A stretch of 64,000 nt of DNA. Origin: Epithemia pelagica (taxonomy: Eukaryota > Protista > Bacillariophyta). The notes beneath the pieces are model-generated. The model saw only the letters and a list, made by a program, of their open reading frames with translations. It searched no databases and had not been told where the DNA came from. The first letter of the stretch is position 1, and each line of letters begins with the position of its first letter. The stretch is from contig OX337230.1 of NCBI GenBank assembly GCA_946965045.2, forward strand, positions 1-64,000. The letters run 5' to 3'. Made by a program: the position numbers and the translations under genes. Shown here in pieces: positions 58,020 through 64,000 of the stretch.

Positions 58020-58939
58020 TCATCGTGAAGCGTGATTCTTTGCTATTGTGGGGCCTCCATAATGTTCATTTGGTGTCACAATGGCCGACAAGACGGTTTT
58101 GGCATTGTTGCCCTTCTTGGCGGCCGCCGTCTTTTTGTTTTTAATTTTGCGGGCTTTCGCCAAGGTTCGCAAGTGTTCCGTCCGTTCTTCGAGCTTGACC
58201 AATTCTTCTTTGTCCAATTCTTGCATGACCTCACCGATTTCGCTCAAGGCGGCCACGTGCACGGCAAACTGCGTCCGGAGTTGTGCCATGCTCGCCTGGA
58301 TGCGTTCCATCTCTTGTTGATGCTTGGCAATGTCCGACTTGAGATCGCGTCGACGTTGACCAATCTTGACGGCAGTCTTTTCAAATTTGAGAGCAATCGC
58401 GGGGGTGCCGTTAATTCTTCCTCCATTATCACTCAGAGGGTCGGACGAGTCACGACCTTGTGGATCTTGATATGTTCCGACGGGTTCCTGTTGCTTGAGT
58501 GATCGGGATGGTATAGAACAAGAACAAGCTGCTGTTGCTGTTGCTAAAACTGGATGGAACAATTCTCGATCCAACTCTCGAGCGGCCCTAGTAGAAGATG
58601 CTTCGTCGTTGCCTCCGTCGTGGCAAGATGTTCGTCTAGATTCTGTTGCATCATTCGACTCATGATCTCTTCCAAGGACTTGGACTTGTCGGCAACAGCT
58701 TCTTGATCACTCCTCGTTTTGGCGGCATTGAGTGCATCCGAATCCGTAATCGCAACCAGTTGCGTTGTGATTTTCGAGCCACGAGGTGTATCGCCAAAAG
58801 CCTCCATCTGAAGAACCACCACATGTGGGACCACTTGTCGCCGTGCTTGCTTTTCGCCATTGGGAATCGAATGCATATCAAACGTGTCCAAAAGCGAAAG
58901 TTCCACTTTGGTGAACAGATAGTGCTGTAAGGCCATCAT
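58020..58939 (-). pseudogene. Hypothetical coiled-coil protein split by a frameshift
   Basis: Overlapping ORFs 58544..58939 and 58020..58574, both with protein-like composition. Confidence 0.35.
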
Positions 58940-60170
58940 AAAGCCCTACAAGGCTTTTGGGTTCGCCTTGTTCACCAATGACCGAGCAGCAAACACGCTT
59001 TTTCCGGTCGGCAGCTCCAGGATCAGGTTCCATTTCATCAGCCTCTTAACCTTGATCGAGGCGTTTTATCAATCAGCAAATCTTTTGAGGACAACAAGTC
59101 TCTAATCGATTCCTTGATACAAAAGGTTGTCCGTTCTTTCAACAAGAGAATGTCTTGCGTCGTACGACTCCGAGTACTCATACGAGTACTCCGACGATTG
59201 ATTCTATTCATAGGCATATCGACAAACGAAGTCCAAGGCGTACTTCAACCAAGATGCTGCAAGAGAAATTTGGGAGGGTCTTGAAAGGCTTGCGAAATCA
59301 CACACAGGGGAGAGTATATCTTGTGCTGTCAAGTCGCGCTTTGCCCGAATTTGAAATGCCACGAAACGAATGAATTTGAAATGTTTGATCCAGCAGATTC
59401 GAGTGCTGGAATCAATTGCCAAGACCGTCCCCAACATGGGGGCAGAAAGACTGCGAGAACCCGTACTCAAGGATGAGTTTGTGAGCTTTCTCTCATCAGG
59501 AAGGATGCTTGGTTGAAAGACTCAGAGCTTGAAAGTTTGCTCAAGAAGAATCTCGTCATGCAAGGGACCCCCGAGATGTTTCGAGGTATGGGAAGCTGGG
59601 CCTCCACGGACACCTCCTCAAGACTCGCTGAATTCGGCTCTGTATTCCAAAAGCTGATGACTTGTACCAGTATCAATGCAAGGAACAAGAAAGCCAAAGA
59701 CAAATGTATCGCTCAGGTACATAAATGTGCTCGCGAACAAAAAATTGATGAGCTTATACGTGAAGAGCAGCGTCTGATCCGGAGGATTTGTCCACAGCGA
59801 TCGACCGGGTTCTTTTGAAACTTGCGTTTGAACACTCCACCACGACAATCTTTGTACCTCGAACTATACGCAGCTGAAGCATTAGCAACAGAAAGCACAA
59901 GAGAGATGATCTCGTAGTTACGGCGTCATTGCAAGATATCTCACCGCCATCTCACTAGCGGGGTAGACCTCAGAAACGACCCATTTCACCCAGGAGTACC
60001 ACAAAGCCAAGCCGGAGAGGACACCCCATGAAAATGAAAGAGGAAAGACGAAAAAGATCCGAGGGGCATGTCATGTAGTTTATGTGCGATCACCGTACGG
60101 ACGACAGACACGCCACATATCCCACTCCCAACCACATATTCGTCGTTTGGTGTCTTCAACGAAAGTGTGA

Positions 60171-61343
60171 ATGAATCGTATGACCATGACGCTGCAAGAA
60201 CAAGCATCGCAGTCGGGCCTTGTCCTTTTGGAAGAGACAACACAATGGAATCAAAATGACTGGCCGCCTCTTGTGGGTGCGTGGCGTAACGCACATGCTA
60301 CGGTCGTGCTAAATCATCTCGATGCGGACAATAACGATATCCACAAAACGAGACAAACGGTCGTCTTGTTGGGCGGATATCAACAAGGCCAAGGTGTCAA
60401 CAATTCCGTTCTTGTTCTAAATCTGGCAGACTCAGACAAGCAGTGGCGAGAAGGGCCTCCCATGAATCAGAGTCGTCGAGGACATGCCGCTGTTGTGTGC
60501 AACGGAGGCGTCTACGTCATGGGAGGAAGCATTGGATTTTCAAGTCTGGATTGTATCGAACGAATTGATGTCAATGATTTGTTACCATCCTCCTTAACAA
60601 CGACCACCACCACGCAGGAAGGTCATTGGACGACGTTGAAATATCGATTGTCAATGAAACGAAGTGGATGTTGTGCTGTTGCGGTGCACAATCGATACAT
60701 TGTGGTAATGGGTGGCTACTACGGTGGCTATTTGTCGTTGGTGGATATTATAGATACCAACAACCACACAGTCACTTCGGGACCATCTATGAACGTTCCT
60801 CGATCATTTTGTTCCAGTGCGGTCATTGGCCACCGCATCTTTGTCGTTGGAGGCCGGAACGAGCATGGCTATTTTGACTCGGTAGAGTACATTGACTTTG
60901 CAAGGCCATGTGACAATGAGGGGACAAAAAAGGAGACTGGTTCCTTTGTCATTTTCTTCTCGTCCTTTTGGACCACTCATTCTGATTTGGTGCTTTCCAA
61001 TGCGCGAGATGCTTGTGCAGTAGTTGCGGTGGGATCTTGTCTGGTGGTGGCGGGCGGATGGGACACTTCAACCGTGGAAGTCTTGGATACGCACCGCAAC
61101 CGCGTGTGGAATCTCCCTCCATTTGGAAATGAACGCGATGGATGTACTCTGGCGACTGTTGCCAATCAAATTGCCGTGATTGGTGGATATCGCAATACTT
61201 CCTGTGCGACATTACCACTCATGGACAAGAATACGTGGTGTTTTCGTCGACTCTGTGAGCAGCAGCCCAACAGATGGAACCATTTTCAGGAAGGAATGAG
61301 TATCGGAGATGTCATTGCGACAACCCATACCTACCGTGTGTAA
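60171..61343 (+). CDS. Kelch-repeat protein, 390 aa
   Basis: Repeated GG..W/R kelch blades: VVLLGGY, VYVMGGS, IVVMGGY, IFVVGGR, LVVAGGW, IAVIGGY. Confidence 0.9.
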   Translation: MNRMTMTLQEQASQSGLVLLEETTQWNQNDWPPLVGAWRNAHATVVLNHLDADNNDIHKTRQTVVLLGGYQQGQGVNNSVLVLNLADSDKQWREGPPMNQSRRGHAAVVCNGGVYVMGGSIGFSSLDCIERIDVNDLLPSSLTTTTTTQEGHWTTLKYRLSMKRSGCCAVAVHNRYIVVMGGYYGGYLSLVDIIDTNNHTVTSGPSMNVPRSFCSSAVIGHRIFVVGGRNEHGYFDSVEYIDFARPCDNEGTKKETGSFVIFFSSFWTTHSDLVLSNARDACAVVAVGSCLVVAGGWDTSTVEVLDTHRNRVWNLPPFGNERDGCTLATVANQIAVIGGYRNTSCATLPLMDKNTWCFRRLCEQQPNRWNHFQEGMSIGDVIATTHTYRV

Positions 61344-63425
61344 ATCGAGGGATGACACTTGTTTCTGTTGTTCGTTGTTGTAATGGAATTGGCGCAAATT
61401 GCAGTGATCGATTGACCTGACAAAACGAGAAGCTATACTCGGATTGACATGATTTCCATAGGAAGCAACATGTTATTGAAAACAAGCCATCCATGCAAGG
61501 ACAACGCACCCATTAGTTCTGTTAGCTCAGCGTCGGAGTCAATGGCAAAGTTCATGCGACTGGTTTCTCATGCGAAAAAGCAAACCTATATACATTAAAA
61601 GAAGTTTCACAAGATACGAAAGTCTCCACGTACCCTTTTTATTCTAGTCTCTTGGTGTTTTGGTTCGTCCAAAACCACAACAGTGCGTCGACTCTTTAGA
61701 CGCAGGTCATTCGAAAAAGGTGCTTTGGACAGTCCCAATCAGGCTGCTGCCGTTCTGAATTATAATGAGCCTTCTGCTCGAGATGAAAGGTCGATTTGGG
61801 AAGAATCTCATTGTGCCAAGAAAAGCTGCGACAGTAACAAAGTGTTTATCGTATGGTGTTCTCGCTGCACGCGGTTGGGAATTGCCAGTGTGGCAAAAGT
61901 AACACGACGACGACAATGCCCCAGAAAAAATGAGGAATCGACCCATGCGTCATGACAACGACGACAACGCCCAATAACGGACACTATCGTATACGCTACC
62001 TCATTCATTTGTCGTGGTCGTCCCTTATCATGGCCTTCGTTCGCTTACCCTTGTGGAACAGGCCTGTTGTTTGTCCAATTTCGTTTCCACTGACATTTTG
62101 GAACCGCCATGGAGGGCAATGGCAATGGGATTGTCGTCGGTCGACGCAAGGAAAAGAATACTGGCACCAACACTTTGGTTGCGAAATTGGAATTTGACGC
62201 CACAGAACAATGCCTCGTACTGTTTCGTATCGTCCAGTGGTTGCAAAACTTCCAAAATTTAGACGGTGACTTCTTGCAAGTGTTGGCAATTCAACAGAGC
62301 GGGCATCTATGCCTCACGATATCAGGTCAAACGTCAAAGGATCAGTACCACCGTGGCCGTGAATATTGCGATCGTATTGCTGTTCAAACCACGACATGGC
62401 ACTGCATCTTTCACAGTGACTACTTTGGTTGTCCATAGACTTCTCTTGATATCCGCAGGCATTCATCCGTTGCAAACCGACTGGAATGACAAACAGCATT
62501 CCATTCGCCATTTTTGAAAGGATCCATGAATCCCAATGGTCCTGTGTCTTTCGAGACGAAAGTGGGAGCAGCAAAACGAAGGGGCCACAGTAACCGACGA
62601 AAAGGAGAGCACACCGAAACAGTCTTCGTTCCGTAAACGTGTGATTCATGGTGCTGTAGCGCACCTTTTGTCATTGCTCCCCTCATTCTCTACTCTACAT
62701 ACAAAGAAAACACTGGATATGTTTGTTTGTTGCTTGTTGGATGTTTTCCAAAGCCCAAAGATATCTCTTGTTGCTTCCATACTATATAACGCGAACTCGT
62801 CTCTGGAGCCGTTGGCACGCGGCATTTGTCCCGCTTATCGTGGACAAACAAGAGCTTGGAAATAGCAGAGCCACTATACGGTGCCATATTCCACGATTCC
62901 AAAGCATTATGCAAGTTCCACAGTATACAGTTCTCCAATTCTTCAGCGACTTCCACCGAGTACAAGTCATCTGGTGAGTTCGACGGCTCAAGGAATATAC
63001 CAAGCCAGACTCAAACAAAATTCTGCCATGTTGTCGCTGCTACCAGGGTTTGGATATATTGTCAATATGTCATTGTCTTGTCAGTGTTTTTGCGCTTGTG
63101 CCACCGTGTCTGTTTCAAAAAGTTCGGAAGTCCACGAGTTCAGGCGACATGGGAGGACCCACTTGTGGATGGGGTGAGAAGGCAACTCTTGAAACTGTCA
63201 GTCTCATCTGAAAAAATGATATGCAAGAAATATCCTCACCATTTCACAGGCAAACACAATCTCGTTGCACTCTGCGATCAAACGAAAAAGATACTTTGGA
63301 CGTGTCACATAGGCTATGTGCGATCCGTACGGACGACAGACGACCATATGCTCCACACTCCACACACAAAATTTTTTTTCCCGCGGTTTTGTTCTTGGTG
63401 TGTTCGCCAAAGTGACGAGTAAACC

Positions 63426-64000
63426 ATGAGCACGAGACTGAAAGAACAAGCATGGCAGTCGGGCCTTGTCCTTTTGGACGAGACACTTGAATGGAATGAA
63501 AACGACTGGCCTCCTCTGTTGGGCGGATGGCGTTGTCGTCATGCTACGGTCGTACTCGATCATTCCGATACGAACGATAACAACAACAACAACAGACAAA
63601 CGGTCGTTGTGTTGGGAGGAAGTCAACGAAACCAGAATTTCACCAATTCCGTTCTTGTTCTAAATCTGGCAGATGCAGACAAGCAGTGGCGAGAAGGGCC
63701 ACCGATGATCAAGAAACGTGTCGAACTTGCCGCTGTTGTGTGCAATGGCGGCGTCTACGTAATGGGAGGACACAATCAAGGTATCGAAAGAATTGACGTA
63801 AAGGATTTGCTGCGATCATCTTCGACATCCAGCACCACACAGGAGAGCCCTTGGACGACATTGACATGTCGATTGTCAACGGAGCGAAATGGATGCTGTG
63901 CTGTTACACTGAACAATCGATACATTGTTGTAATGGGCGGACGGAACTGGCGGCAATACTTAGCGTCGGTTGAGATTATCGACACCAGCAACCATACTGT
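63426..64000 (+). CDS. Kelch-repeat protein paralog, partial (runs off window)
   Basis: Manual translation MSTRLKEQAWQSGLVLLDETLEWNENDWPPLLGG..VVVLGGS..VYVMGGH..IVVMGGR is open to base 64000; absent from the ORF track because it has no stop. Confidence 0.88.
   Translation, partial: MSTRLKEQAWQSGLVLLDETLEWNENDWPPLLGGWRCRHATVVLDHSDTNDNNNNNRQTVVVLGGSQRNQNFTNSVLVLNLADADKQWREGPPMIKKRVELAAVVCNGGVYVMGGHNQGIERIDVKDLLRSSSTSSTTQESPWTTLTCRLSTERNGCCAVTLNNRYIVVMGGRNWRQYLASVEIIDTSNHT

Noticed and set aside
61683-63200. Possible decayed gene or transposase between the kelch paralogs
   Set aside because: Short ORFs with no motif I can support.

Overview
This window is the left end of a eukaryotic chromosome. 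The gene families, short GT-AG introns and PS-rich proteins suggest a pennate diatom (inference). Positions 1-552 are a (CCCTAA)92 telomere. Positions 553-15275 are a stack of truncated, telomere-facing elements from two diverged families (A x3, B x3) plus three terminal fragments. Each family encodes a Zn-finger + tyrosine-recombinase-like + RecQ/SF2 helicase protein reminiscent of fungal telomere-linked helicases. Three unrelated terminal sequences all end on the centromere side in CCTTAG(GG) and join the next piece through AGGG/TAG/GGG microhomology, while their telomere-side ends are variably truncated. This suggests a one-ended, site-directed way of adding elements to the chromosome tip and is the main candidate novel system. 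The array interrupts a dead SF1/BBP gene with three in-frame stops. From 15.3 to 64 kb lies a subtelomeric mosaic. Apparently intact genes: EngB GTPase, a type I membrane protein, a TPR protein, a glutathionyl-hydroquinone reductase, a beta-helix protein and kelch proteins. Broken or fragmentary genes: ataxin-3/Josephin, HCF173-like, GPCR-like, aminotransferase, cyclophilin and patatin. Several dispersed duplications are also present. All family calls come from motif recognition by eye; no database search was run.
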